A DNA stretch of 54,800 bases, the filler included, from Catajapyx aquilonaris (taxonomy: Eukaryota): NCBI GenBank assembly GCA_000934665.2. It is 2 parts of 2 records of this genome, joined end to end, with 100 filler letters (N's around TTAATTAATTAA, not from the genome) between each part and the next. Parts side by side here need not be neighbours in the genome. Positions count along the whole stretch, not along the records: positions 1 to 27,581 come from KZ539286.1; positions 27,682 to 54,800 come from JYFJ02005106.1. One strand, written 5' to 3'. Shown here piece after piece: positions 24,473-36,779 of the stretch. The position numbers and the translations under genes are program-made. Numbering within the stretch: the first letter of the stretch is position 1; every line of letters starts with the position of its first letter. The notes below the pieces were generated by a model. It made no database searches and was not told the origin of the DNA. It worked only from the letters and a program-made list of their open reading frames with translations.

Positions 24473-27083
24473 GATCATCAGGGTGGCCCCATATTTTGTT
24501 TTGAGAACAAACTTCAATGATGGCATGTATTTATTTTATAGTTAAACGGTTAAAATTTTATTACTTTAAAATACGTAAATGGAGACACGTCATTGTGGTT
24601 ATTTTATTATAAAACGAATTGCGGCCTACATCATGCACTCACTAGACTACTAGAGGTAGGTTAAAGTACTAATGGGCGCCGCCATTTTTGGTCCATCCCA
24701 TCCAAGTTGGGTCTCCACCTTTCTGCTGATGAAGGCAACATCCGACTGCATTGTTGCTTCTCCTCCATTCCGATAACGGACCGTTTTATCAATTCTGAGA
24801 GCCCGCATCAGGCAAAACAGATGTCTCGAGCGTATGCTTGAGTGGCCCCTGTTCCCTTCCCCACGAGGGCTCGAAGAATGATTCGGGTCATTATCTGGAG
24901 ATTGTTGAAGCCATTTTGTGTTGGGTGGGTAGGCCTCTCTGCTGTTAGCTAAGTGCTTCTATTTATTTACTTGCAGGTGCACTTCATTCCATCGGTAACT
25001 GCTGGAGTCCTGAAAAAAAATCCAAAAAAATACTGGAGACAGAGAAAAAAATCCATCTCCTAGACATTTCCCATCAAGTGGAAACGGATGACAAACGTCT
25101 CGTGTCCTTACTCTTTTCCATTCACCCGAGAAATTGCCCCCCACCCTCTTCCTCCTCCTTCAAACCATAATGCATTTCCGATTGACCATCTATTGTGTGC
25201 TCCGGAGGTCCGGGAGCCCCTTCATCTTGCAACTTTTGTCTTGTTGCTCGGGGGGGTTATTTACAACCCCTGTCGACCGGAATCGCGTCTCCATTGTTCG
25301 CTCCCTTTCCATTGTCCCTTCAATTATTACCCCCTGCTTCTTGCGCTCCCCCTACTCTTTTTAAGCATTAAATGGATGCCTGCTCTCCACTTGACTACCT
25401 TGTGCAAGAGTGCAGAATTTCCTAGCAATTTGTGGACAACAATTTTCTGCTGCCAGAAGCTGCCAGAAATGGATCCACAGCATGTTATCTGTACAAATGC
25501 CAGACTCTGCTTGGAAAGCATCAGAAGCATCGTTTTTTTCCGACCGACCGACGCTCCACTGGGATGCTGGAGAACACCCGATAATCACCCTGGAAATGAC
25601 CCATTAACACCGGAGAACTCCAGTTCATTAACCGCCCCCTTTAGAAAATGGTCTGCCTTTTTTTCTTCTTTCAGTCTAGTTGCGCATTACTCCAGCAATT
25701 TCTAGCCTCTTTAAACTTAATATTAGGGCGGTCAAATTTTCTTATTCGCCAACTCAGTGATGTATATAGCAGTGGGGCCCCCCGACCTCTATTCCTTCAA
25801 GCCTTTTCCAGCACCCAACCCCCTCTTTCCAGCCCAGTCCTGTAAGCCTAAAAGCAAACAGCTAAAACAAACACATGGCCTGCTCTGCCTACTCTCTGCG
25901 ATGGTTCTAGTGGACCCACAGAGAGCAGAATAGGACCTTTTCCTTCTAAGCGAATTCGCCTCCGCAGCATCATGTGTCATGTGTAGAAACAAACAATGTT
26001 TTGGAGCCGAATTTTCGACTATTCGACTATTCGACTTTTGTTCTGCCCACTTTTTTGAATCCGCATAGAGAAAATTATGCGCTATGTTGTGCCAGCCCAC
26101 AGTTTAGCAGGGTTAGTTTTGAATTAATTTCGGGAGCAAGCAAGCAGGCGAGGGGTTGTGCAAATATTATTTGAGCGATTATGGAGCCGGACTTTCTTGG
26201 CCTCTAGGTAAAATCCGGGGGCTGCCACTCATCCAGGACCCGTTTTCTTCTACTTAACGAAGCCCGTAGTTAAGACAGTGCGCCGAAAATGTCATGATTG
26301 TTTAAAAGGTGCATTCAAATTTGCCTCCTTCGAAATGTAGGTTCAAGTTCTGCCGCCAGAGGCCGCCACTGCTCAACATGGCTGGCCCGCCATCTGTCGG
26401 CATTGCCTTGAACCTGTTCCATGCCACGTGCTTACAACACGTGTCTAGGACTTTTTCTCCAGGAATTCCAGCCGATTCGTGCCTCAAAGTCTCCTCAAGT
26501 ATTCGTTCTAATTAAACATTGGCCTGTATTGCAGTACTAGATAATTACCCGCATATGCAGTAGATGTTTGTCATGTGTTGCATTGATCTAGTGGCTAATA
26601 TGGAGCTTAAAAAATGGCAAATAAAAATTGAATCTAGAAAATGTGCGTCATACCTGATTTTCAGACAACCCAGTTCACAACTGTATCAGATACTATCAAT
26701 CTCGCTGAACCATTCGCAATGCTTAATTGCAACCAGGAACCTCCCATTAAATGTGCATAATAAAATGTTTCAAACAGTCAGCCTATTATGCTCTCAGGTC
26801 GAATATTTCAATACTTTGTTATTGCATGCCTTCATAAAAAGTATGAGGTGTGCGTCCGAAATCAGGAGAGACACTATATTCCTTAAGAATGCAATAATTT
26901 TTTGAAGGTGAACACTATTAAATGTGCAACACAATAAATCGTCATCATTGGTTTTGCACAGTTTACTGTCATGGAGTTTTATGCAGAGAAAAACATGTCA
27001 AAATATTCTTGCAAGTCCTTCTCTTGAAGTGACGGCGCCCTTTCTTTACAATAAGTACATGCTGGAGAGAGTGTCAGTATCGA

Positions 27084-27155
27084 AGTAGCGCAGTGGTCTA
27101 GTGGTTAAGACTCTCTCTTCGTAACCAGAAGGTTGAAGGATCGAATCCTGAAAAA
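27084..27155 (+). mobile_element. tRNA-derived SINE head or tRNA pseudogene
   Basis: A-box TGGTCTAGTGG and B-box-like GGATCGAATCC at tRNA spacing, but no acceptor stem. Confidence 0.55.
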
Positions 27156-27293
27156 GGAAGCCGTCGTTTCTTTTTATCGCTATGGACCTTTCCCGCTGTT
27201 ACTTCATCTCTCATTTCACATTTATTTCTCTTTGAAGTGCATCTGGTAAATAGGCTAGACCCTTCCAACACTCACACTCTCGTTGCACCAGAG

Positions 27294-27360
27294 CGTGGCT
27301 CTGTGGTAGCGCATCAGACTCTCAATCGGAAGATGAGGGTTCAAGTCCCGTGTCTCCTTG
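27294..27360 (+). mobile_element. tRNA-derived SINE head
   Basis: A-box-like GTGGCTCTGTGGTAGCGC and B-box GGTTCAAGTCCC. Confidence 0.5.
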
Positions 27361-27581
27361 GTTGATAAGTCAGAAGAAAAAAAAATTTGCAGCCGACATC
27401 TCTGGCCAAGATGGCGACTGTTTCTTCGCAGTTTCTCAAACACTTCTTCAGAGGTGTGAGAGGAGCAGCGAAGAGGGGGGGGAGGGGTGGAGAGGGGAAG
27501 GACAGGGGGGAGGGGAGAAAATTTTTTTGGCAATTTTTAAAACACCTGCTTAATGGGAGGGGGCGGTCACTTTTTTTTTCG

Positions 27582-27681
27582 NNNNNNNNNNNNNNNNNNN
27601 NNNNNNNNNNNNNNNNNNNNNNNNNTTAATTAATTAANNNNNNNNNNNNNNNNNNNNNNNNNNNNNNNNNNNNNNNNNNNN
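27582..27681. other. Artificial contig-joining linker
   Basis: 44 N + TTAATTAATTAA (stops in all six frames) + 44 N, totalling exactly 100 bp. Confidence 0.95.
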
Positions 27682-28822
27682 TCAGGAGAAATGACATTAA
27701 ATTTTTTTGATGATTAAACTTAAGGTCGACCTGGAAAAACAAAGTTAGTGGTTTAGGTTGAAGAAGTTGAGAATGCCAGTAATTGACAACGACGTTGAAC
27801 TTGGCCGTATTTCAGATCTCACCACTTTTGACGGCCAAGCAGTCAGGAGAACTTGGCCTTTTTTTACAGAAAGGTTTTTGGTGGGATTTGTTCACTGTCC
27901 CCACACTGCAGCACGCAATACCTACCAGATCTAGCACCTGGAACAACAAAATTTCGAAAGGAAATTAGCCTATTATTATAAAGGCGATAATAAAGTCCAC
28001 GTGAGGCTGATGGAGACTAGAAGAGAAGGAAATGTTGTACGTTACCAAGAGCTCTTGACGCTACGTAATCCGTTTTGACCGTTTACAATATTATCTTGAT
28101 CATTTAATTCATTTTCAATTCGCAAAGTACATTACCGAAATATAAGGATATGCATAAGTTACTTTAGGTATTTTTAACAATTGCTAATTTCAAATTCTCC
28201 TTGTCACAATCCATGTCCATTACCGGCGGATAGAGTCATCTGTTTAGCCAAATCCGCATTCCTGTGATTCAATAAATACAAGTAGCATTAATGATTTGTA
28301 CAAGCCGGCAATGACATAAAATAAGTTTCATTCAGTGGAACTTACATCGAAAATTTCTCCCGATAAGCATGATAGAGGTTTATACAACTGACTGAACTGA
28401 CATCCCTCCGGAGCATAACCTGCACCTGCAATAAAGCAATGATGAGAAATATTCTCATTTACTACAAAATTATATTGAAGTGTGTGCACTGCTCAAGGGT
28501 TGTGTACAAACAAACCTGTTTCCATACAGTGGGCGAGGGTTTGGACGAAGAACTCTTTGGCCTCTTCGTATCCTTCTCCAGGCATAAAGAAATCCACCAA
28601 CTCCTTAGGTTTTATGTTTCTATCGTCATCAAGCTATGTACCACAACGGAGTAAAGCATTAGTCCCAAACACAACTGTAATGATCATTAGTTCACTCCCC
28701 CCACACTGTACTGTACACATACCAGGTCTAGCACCTCCAATATGCAGTTTTGAACATCACACTGAAATGACAAAATTAATATGGTGCGATAATATTAATT
28801 AGTCCACAATGTACTTGTTTAA

Positions 28823-30261
28823 GGTGGATATGAAGCTACCTCCCTAGTCAATTCAGTGTCTAGAACTAGAACAAAAACGTTAATTAGAGCAGTTAAATTC
28901 GGGAAAACATATGCAGTAGTGGATGCTGAGGAATAATATGCATTCCATTTTAAAATCCACCGTAAACTCGATTTGTTACAGGGCAATACCTAATTCACTT
29001 GCAACACATTGCCAACCTACTGGAATGTACACACCTGAATTTTTAGTTTGCCATAGGCAGCATATTTAGGATCAAAGGCGACGGTAGTGGGTGAGAGTTA
29101 CGAGGCTCTACAATGTCGTGTTACATCCATTACATAATACACATTATCTTCGGAAAGGGAAGGGGGATAAGTATAGGCTTTAATTTACGGTAAGTTGGTA
29201 GACCTGTTGGGAAATAGAAGTGGCAACGCAGCTCTCGCCCCAAGATGGCGCGTTCCAAGTGCACGATGCTCATCATTTTCTGGCTAGGTTGAAATATACA
29301 TTTGTGCTCTTAGCGACGCCCTTGTCGTGCTCCTGTGGAGGTTGTGGGGGCAGGAGGGTCTCCGAGGGCGGACGACACACTCAGATCAGGTGAGGTACCA
29401 CATACACAGTAAACCTGAATGTATATTCACACTGTAAATCTCTCAGGGCCGTTTTCTCGGTTTACCGGGTTTACATTTGAACCACTGTTCGAGAAAACGG
29501 CCCTCAGGCATCGAGCGATCATGAAAAGTTGTGACAGGGTCCTTAGATAACATGAGTTTGGTTTTAACATCTAATTATAATTTTTATTTTATTTATTACA
29601 GTATAGTTTTATCTAAGAACCCTGGTGTGATCGCATATTTCAAATTCGGACACTGCGCGCCATTTCGTAGGAAGACTGCCATGTTGCCACTTCCTCCCGT
29701 GCCTCAGGCTAACCCCGCGCCCTTTTTCTTTTTTCGACGATAAAATTTAAATCATTCGGTTTGATATGTTTTTTTTGCGTTCTTTGTAATTACTATATTA
29801 TTCTTCACATTTCACATAAGGTGAAGTGGGGTAAGTGCATACCCGGGGTAAGTGCATATATTGTGTCGCCATATTGGAATGAAAATGGCTGACGACACCA
29901 AAATGCGTCAGGCACTCTTTTGTGTAGCTGCACATAACATGCCCCGCGTTTTGGTGTCGTCAGCCATTTTCATTCCAATATGGCGGCACAATATATGCAC
30001 TTACCCCGTGAATGCACTTACCCCACTTCACCTTATACAGTATTACTTTCAAACTGTCAAATTGTGAAGATGCTTTAAAATAAAGTTTTAATTTAACATT
30101 GGAGCTTATGGACAGTCGGCACATTCTGAGCCATTTTGCGAGCTTATTTGCCCGGTTAGGGGTGATTTTTTTTCCACCATTGGGAGGAGGGCTTCTTACT
30201 CTATAAACCCTGTGAATTTCAAAACAATGTTCAAAATGTGAACCTTACCTTCATATCCACC
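28823..30261. mobile_element. Non-autonomous TTAA-targeting DNA transposon (Kolobok-like GG...CC ends) in intron 2 of copy A
   Basis: TIRs GGTGGATATGAAG / CTTCATATCCACC with TTAA TSD (28819-22, 30262-65). The paralogous intron of copy E shows the empty site (GGTTTAATTTGCG). Confidence 0.85.
29817..30036. mobile_element. Nested palindromic MITE
   Basis: TAAGGTGAAGTGGGGTAAGTGCAT...ATGCACTTACCCCACTTCACCTTA with ~95-bp inverted arms. A second small hairpin (GGGCCGTTTTCTCG / CGAGAAAACGGCCC) lies at ~29446-29503. Confidence 0.8.
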
Positions 30262-30749
30262 TTAATTTGCGAATATTGTGATTCAGGTAATTAAGATTCA
30301 TCGTATTTAAAAAGTCAAAATCAAACTAACATCATCCCCTTGATCGTGGCAGATCACAAGTGCTGCTTCCAAGTTCTCCTATCGCGCTTTCGGATGGTTC
30401 AGGGAATCGGCAGTGAGCAGGCTGAATATAGAGAGAAGAAATGTGACGGAGCATTTTTCAACAATCACTTGAATGAACTTACCTTTTCTTCGGCTGCTGC
30501 AAAGGCCAATAGAAGAAGGAGGGTGGCTGGGAAGAACCTCATTGTTGTTCTCTGTTGTTCCAAAATGGGAATGAATAGTACTGGACAAAATCAGTATACA
30601 GTACTTATGTAGTGTGGATTATCTTTGGTGTTGTGCGGGCACCTTTTTCTGCACGAATGTGTGAGTGATGATTAGTGTTCATATCGCTCATTCCTGGAGG
30701 ATGTTCATATCGGCGCAGGCCTGCATATGTATACTGATGTGATACTTAA

Positions 30750-31219
30750 CCTTAACTACGTAGGTGGAGCCTGAGAGGCTCCAAGCACTATTTAAACGCA
30801 TGTAACTTTTTCATTGAATTTTATTTTCCCCTGTCCTTCCGTGACTTTGTCAGAAAAACCTTCCTAAGCATGAAAAGGAAAGAAAATTTTTTTAAGTCCC
30901 TATTGTTTGGTTTAAAAAAATTCGTAACGAGGAACAGGTCCCTCCTGGACTCTATACTGGCTCTACCTATGCAGGTGAAGACTGAGCGCCTCAAGCATGA
31001 AGTAACCTTTTAAGAATTTTTCCCTGTCGGAATATGCTGACTCAGCGTGTGATTTTTACGTTTTCGGAAGCCTAATGATCTGAACTGCACTTTCTGTATG
31101 TGAATAGTCCAATATAGCAATTTAGTTGATAAGCAGAAATTGAAATATACCGTTGGAGCCTCTCAGGCTCCATACCTACGTATAGTTAAAGGTGTTTCAC
31201 CCACCTACGTAGTTAAGGG
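30750..31219. mobile_element. piggyBac-like MITE upstream of copy A
   Basis: TIRs CCTTAACTACGTAGGTGG / CCACCTACGTAGTTAAGGG, with TTAA on both sides. Confidence 0.8.
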
Positions 31220-31627
31220 TTAATAATAAATCTTTACATATTATTTATAGGCTACTTAACCAATCACTCCTGGTGGGGGGGGGGGGTACTACAAGGACCA
31301 ATATATTGTCTACAAAGGGGTGCAGAGGCCCGAAAAGGAACCTCTGCCTTATATATATATATTTATTTATATTATTATTATTTTTTACCCCTTATGGGAG
31401 CTATAGGGGGGTGGCATACCACCATCAGTTTTCTGATATATTTTTGCTTCATTCACCGGTGCAAGGAAACAGTGACAATGGGAAAGGATAGGGATTTTTG
31501 GGGAGGGAACATGGGTGCAAGGTGCAATGTCGTAGCTAATGGGTCATGTGCAGTCCCCCAGGAGGTTAGGTTGCCAGACACCTCCTTGGTGCAGGTCAGA
31601 GACCCTCCTGACGCAGGTGAAAGGAAA

Positions 31628-31705
31628 GTTCCCCAGGCGGGGATCGAACCTGGGGCCTTTCACTCAGCAAGCCGAGACGTTACAATCACGGCCACCACAC
31701 CTCCC
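31628..31705 (-). mobile_element. tRNA-derived SINE head
   Basis: Minus strand reads GGTGGCCGTGATTGTAACG...GGTTCGATCCCCG (A-box and B-box). Confidence 0.5.
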
Positions 31706-32154
31706 CCTGCCTTAGATATATGTTCCTGGGCTTGGCTCAATTTTGACATTTTCGTAGGTTGACAAATTATTGCATAACACCGTCCATGCACACCATTCAT
31801 GAGTTAACTTTTCGGTCATTTGTGGCAGAAGTATGCAGATTTCGCCACCTTGATTTTAACTGAATGAAGTACCTGTACTATCCTTTGGGTGTATGTTCCT
31901 GGGCATAACTCAATTTTGACATTTTTGTGGGCTGGCCCATTATTGCACAACACTGTCCAATTATCCCTCCGCTTTCGATCACTTCTGTGTACGTTGACTG
32001 ACACCAAGTTCAACATATGTACCAGACACTACACGCGGGTTTGCTGCTTTAAATAAATAAATAACATATTTTGATAATCTACATACGTAAGGCAAAAGAA
32101 CAATTTTGTTTGCCTGTGGCAACAGAATTTTGTTGGTGATTACCATAGAAAGAG

Positions 32155-32185
32155 GCCGTGCGAAGAACGGGCTCCACTGCTAGTC
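32155..32185 (+). mobile_element. Helitron-type 3' terminus
   Basis: GCCGTGCGAAGAACGGGC hairpin followed a few bases later by CTAG|T. Confidence 0.55.
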
Positions 32186-32234
32186 TACATTAAACTATCG
32201 ACATTTCATTATGTACAAAAAAAAACGTCGCCAC

Positions 32235-33290
32235 AGCAACAACGTCGAGAGGTTGCTCTTAATGAACCAAAGTTGCTACCGGATCAGAGATCCGCTTATT
32301 TGACAATTGTAGACAATGTCCAGGGCCAGAAAGGTGGAGTTTTTTTCCCCTTGATGCACCAGGAGGAACTGGTAAAACATTTGTGACTAATCTGTTGTTG
32401 GCAAATGTTCGTCAGGATCAACAAATTGCACTTGCACTTGCCTCTTCTGGCATAGCATCTACTCTTTTGCCTGGTGGGAGGACTGCTCATGCAGCTTTCA
32501 AACTTCATCTAAATTTAGCTACACAGGAAAATGCACCGTGCAACATCAGCAAGGGTACCGGTGTGGCACAACTTTTGAGTCAGTGCAGGTTAATTGTTTG
32601 GGATGAGTGCACCATGTCCCACAAAGCAGCTTTTGAAGCTCTGGACTGGACACTGCAGGTGTGACCGTACCGGATTTTGCTATGTATAACTTCCCGCATT
32701 TCACTACATTCTGATACTGCATTACATTACCGCATTTTATGTACCCATCTCTTTGGTTTCGAGGCCGTTTACTTTTTTCTACATCTTGTGCAACTTGACA
32801 TTTCCCATCGGCATTTGCGGTTTTCTTGCCAACCTCTGTACACAGTCGTGTGACTTTTCCATCTGCTCGAGGCCTTTTCCCGGGAGAATATCCCGGGGAC
32901 TGGTCAGGCCACTTGTTTGGTCGACATCTCCCATCCCTGACCTTTTTCCCTTTCCCCTCACACACTCACCTTGATGAAGAATAAACTGTACGTGATTGTC
33001 TACCCACTGGCTTTTATGTTCATCCAACCGGTGACATATTAAGTGGTGTCAGAAGTGGGATAAAGACATCAGACAGTATCGTCGAGGGTGTTTCCCTATC
33101 GGTGCGTTTACACGTACCTGTTCCTTCCTTACGGAGACTATATCCGGGAATGAAAAAGATTATGGGTGGAGTTACTTTGGGTTTGGCTGGGGACTTCAGA
33201 CAGACACTGCCTGTTGTTCCACGAGGCACACGAGTCGATGAGATAAAAGCTTGCCTCAAGTCTTCTTATCTTTGGACTCGTGTTATCAAA
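32235..33290 (+). pseudogene. Helitron PIF1-like helicase fragment, frameshifted and interrupted
   Basis: Motifs LDAPGGTGKTF, ALASSGIASTLLPGGRTAH, LIVWDECTM and GDFRQTLPVVPRGTR..EIKACLKSSYLW. About 480 bp of unrelated sequence lies at ~32659-33136 between TLQ and (GNEK)IMGG. Confidence 0.9.
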
Positions 33291-33596
33291 TGTGGTGAAG
33301 ACAATCATTATTATACTATGACATGTGAATTTACCAGTGAGAACAATCGTGCCACAAAGAAAAGGTAATGTAAGAAAATTGCTCTGCTACATTACACCCA
33401 TTATAACACTATCTTTGAATACAGTGTATGTCTGCCAGATGAATCGACGAGACTGGGAGAATTTAATGGTGATGGTACATGCAGTAAATAGAATATCATT
33501 CATAGTAATGTACGAGTATTGTTCAAAAATATTGAGGCGACATTCACAGATTCAGTTACCATGGCATGTTACTGTGTTAATATGTCCGAACCTTAC

Positions 33597-33999
33597 AGGG
33601 TCACTCCACTCAATAAACAAGTTTCTCTCTAAAAATCGGGCAAAAAATCCTGAACCCGAAGGTGAAATAAGTTTTTCGCTACGTGGAACGGTAATCCCGG
33701 GGCGAGGGGTCAAAGTGGGGAAATTCAAATAGTGCGCTAGAGGCTGGCCGTCCGCCAGCGACGCCCTCGGGACCTTGGGAACTGGAGGGCAGCTCCCGCG
33801 CTCTTAGGCCCATCCCAGAGCGGTGACGCCCTCCAGCTCCCTTGGTCCCCGCGTGGCGACGCCGCTCATTAGCAGACGACACACTTTGACACCTCGCTCT
33901 GGGATTACCGTTCCGTGTAGCGAAAAACGAATAATTGCGGATTCAGGATTTTTTGCCCGATTTTTAGAGCCAAACTTGTTTTTTGGGTGGAGTGTCCCT
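33597..33999. mobile_element. MITE with long TIRs (AGGG...CCCT, TTAA-type target; Kolobok-like)
   Basis: AGGGTCACTCCAC..AAACAAGTTT..CTCTAAAAATCGGGCAAAAAATCCTGAA has its inverse at ~33940-33999; flanks are TTAC and TTAA. Confidence 0.7.
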
Positions 34000-34506
34000 T
34001 TAAGGAAGAAACGGATGTGTTCTAACAGACTTCATTCGATAAAAATGAACAATCATGGTCTTTGTTAATATCCCGTGGGAGCAAGAGTCGCGAGGGATAG
34101 AAAATGTGTTGCAAGTAAATAATTGTTATTGTCACTATAATATGCTCTGCGCGTGAACGGCTGCATGAAGGCCCACATATAGCTATATTTTTCATCGTCA
34201 TCCCACATTTCCACGCCGAGAAAAACGTGTGGCAAAGATAGTGGCGTGTGCCGTAAGGCAATGTGTGGGGAAAGAAGGGAAATGATATTTTCCTGTAAAA
34301 TTACCGAAACAGCATATAGTTGGTTTTGCCTTGGGACGGGAGAGTGGAGGTCGACCAAATGACACGGATGCGAAAAGACATACTGGCATTACAATCAATG
34401 TCCTTCATAATATAGTCAAAAATTTTGAGACGAGATCCACACATTCACAGTTGCCATGTCATATCACTGTTGCAATTTGTTCAAACCTGAACGAAGAAAA
34501 GAATAT

Positions 34507-36526
34507 TTATCTACGAGAACTATTTCGACAAAAGTGAGCCATTTCCGCCACCAGCACCACCAGAGCGCCCAACAGGCCCAGAAGCCAAATGTTGAAGATC
34601 CCTTCCAACTTGGCCATTGTCATCACTTCATCTCGCACGTATGTCTTCGCAGCGATCTCTTCGGCCTCTAGGATCCTCCTCAGGTTGCGGAGGAAGTTCA
34701 TGTACTTCTCGTGCTCGATGAAGGTGTAGAATATATTGCTCTCTATAAACAGTACTATGACTTTACTGAACATGTGAAACAGTTGGGTTTGGCCTTTAGA
34801 AGTACCGGCGAAGGCATATCCAGGGAATCTGTCGTCTTGGATGTACTGGAGGTTCATGGTCCCATCACTGCTCGTGTGAAGATACGTTTCTCGCTCCAAG
34901 AGAATGTCCAGTCCGGCGCAGACAACGTTCTCCTTTTGAGTTTTACGCAGACAATCTTGAATAGTGCCCTTCATCTGCATGCGATTACATATCCCCAGCG
35001 TAACCGGATCTTGAGCCGTTTTACCGAAGTGACTTATGAGGAGATAGTTTATGACATCAGCTTCCAAATCCCAGTTTGAATTAAGAAATTCTACCGCAGT
35101 GGTTGGAACAAATTCTTCTGGGGGCCAGGTCAGGAAGGACACCAGTTTGGCTCTGTAACCTGTTATGATCACGGTGACAAACATGAGCATACATGCAGTG
35201 AAGGTGAGTGAGAAATGAGTTCCTGTTAAATTCATGTTCTGCTCCATCAGTGTACGCAGAATGAGCCCGACTGATTGTGACATTGACAGAGTACTGGTCG
35301 AGGCGCGTCTCCGTTTGGAAATGTACCACGCACTGATAAACAATGCGACTAAGCTGGATGCAATCAAGGCCCAGACCAACAGTGGATAAGGCATGAAAAT
35401 CACCTTCCAAGTCACGATGCGTCGAGGGATTCTTGTCAGACCGGTTCCAAAGGCGAACCAGCAAGCTTGGGGAATGTTGAGTACAGAATATGATTCCTCC
35501 GAAGGGAGAATGATTTGCAGGGCATCCGTCTTGTTCTGCACCAATTTACCCACCAACCCTCCCCAGGATCCGTTTGGGTAACGAGTATCCAGCTCCACTT
35601 TAAATTCCTCCGACGTGTTCTCAATTATTGCGTATAGAGCAGTTTCCACAATTATCAAAAATCTCTCATACATACCGACAACACTCACCCTCGGCGTTCT
35701 TCTTCTTTCTTGCATCTGGTACGTCCATGTCCACGTAAAACCGAGTTCTGATAACCCCTCCATTCATCCTCCTGACATCGTAGTCTCGAAAGAAGAGATT
35801 CACCATGTCTCCACCACCGTCATCAGATGGATCGAACACTCCGAGATGCAGTATTTGTGGGTACCCTCCTTGTGCGCAGTAGAAGCAGACCGTGTCCACC
35901 TTGATCCGCCCATCGGGGCCATCCCCTGTGACCATGACCTTTAGCCTGAGGGAGGTGGCGGGTGGGGAGTGGGCCATGATCCTGTGCACCTCTCCTACCT
36001 CCTGAGCATGATGAGGATGAGTGTGACCATCAGTCCTGAAGTGAATGATGAATCGATCTTCCCCTGGAGCCACCTTGACCAAGGAGGCTGCGTGCATGAC
36101 GAGTGGTGGCAGAGCGTGGACATGGGTGGGCATGAACAGGTGCAAAGTGCAGGAGAGTCCGGGCCAGAGACGGGACAGGAGCTGAGGCGGGACAGTGGTG
36201 AAGTCGTGCATCTGGTCCTCTCTTACCAGCCAGGGGTAGTCCTCAAGCGAGTGTTTTTGTCCGTCCGTGGTCATCCGGAGGGGGAAGGTGGGCAGGTACC
36301 TGTCCGAGTGTCCGATCAGGAGCTTCTGAACCGGGACGCTGAAGGAGACTGAATCGGTGGCGGTGACCAGCGTGCATCCAGCTAGATCCGCCCTCCGAAG
36401 GACGTGTCCCACCAGTCGGGACACAGACTCGTCCTCCTCCGAATCCTTGTCCAGGCTAATGTTATTGCCCAACACTATTCTCACAATCACCACCAGCCAC
36501 ACCAGGACACGTCCAAACCACTCCAT
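34507..36526 (-). CDS. Divergent ionotropic receptor (IR, iGluR-related chemoreceptor), intronless, with one apparent 1-bp frameshift at ~35680
   Basis: Signal peptide MEWFGRVLVWLVVIVRIVLG; S1 motif YPNGSWGGLVGKL; IFMPYPLLVWAL (M1); GYRAKLVSFLTWP (M3); S2; MAKLEGIFNIWLLGLLGALVVLVAE (M4). ORFs 35666-36577 and 34507-35763 join if one T is removed from GAGTGTTGTCGGTATG, giving GECVGMYE. Confidence 0.85.
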
Positions 36527-36589
36527 GGATGTTGTCCCACTACAATTTACAAGATAGTCTGTGCCACGCATGCACATTGCGTAGCATTT

Positions 36590-36779
36590 CTGAGAAGCAC
36601 TTAAGCAGCTGGACGCCCCTTACCAGTCTGGACACTGCCCACCACTCTCCTTCCGCATTCTTTTCTTCCATCAGACGAGACAAGTTCTTCCCAACACCCC
36701 ACGATGATGACGAGGTGTGGCCACCAAACATGGCCACGGCCACGGAGCAAAGGACCAGCACTTCTTGCAACCCGGACAT
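36590..36779 (-). pseudogene. Possible N-terminal remnant of a third IR paralog
   Basis: MSGLQEVLVLCSVAVAMFGG...EEKNAEGEWWAVSRLVRGV resembles the signal peptide plus EEDESVSRLVGHV start of the adjacent IR. Confidence 0.35.

Larger units (their letters stand above)
28244..30542 (-). pseudogene. 8-Cys secreted OBP-like family, copy A (1-bp frameshift in exon 2)
   Basis: Exons 30542-30483 (MRFFPATLLLLLAFAAAEEK), 30421-30331 (91 nt, extra T in GAACTTGGAAGC), 28761-28723 (CDVQNCILEVLDL), 28633-28516 (LDDDRNIKPKELVDFFMPGEGYEEAKEFFVQTLAHCMET), 28425-28346 and 28261-28244 (ECGFG*). All introns are GT-AG. Confidence 0.8.

Noticed and set aside
27084..27360. Functional tRNA genes
   Set aside because: A and B boxes are present but the acceptor and anticodon stems do not pair, so these were treated as SINE heads.
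35600..35688. Intron starting at GTGAGT to explain the IR1 frame change
   Set aside because: The following sequence encodes the expected S1 segment (GMYERFLIIVETAL) and there is no pyrimidine-rich acceptor; a 1-bp insertion is simpler.
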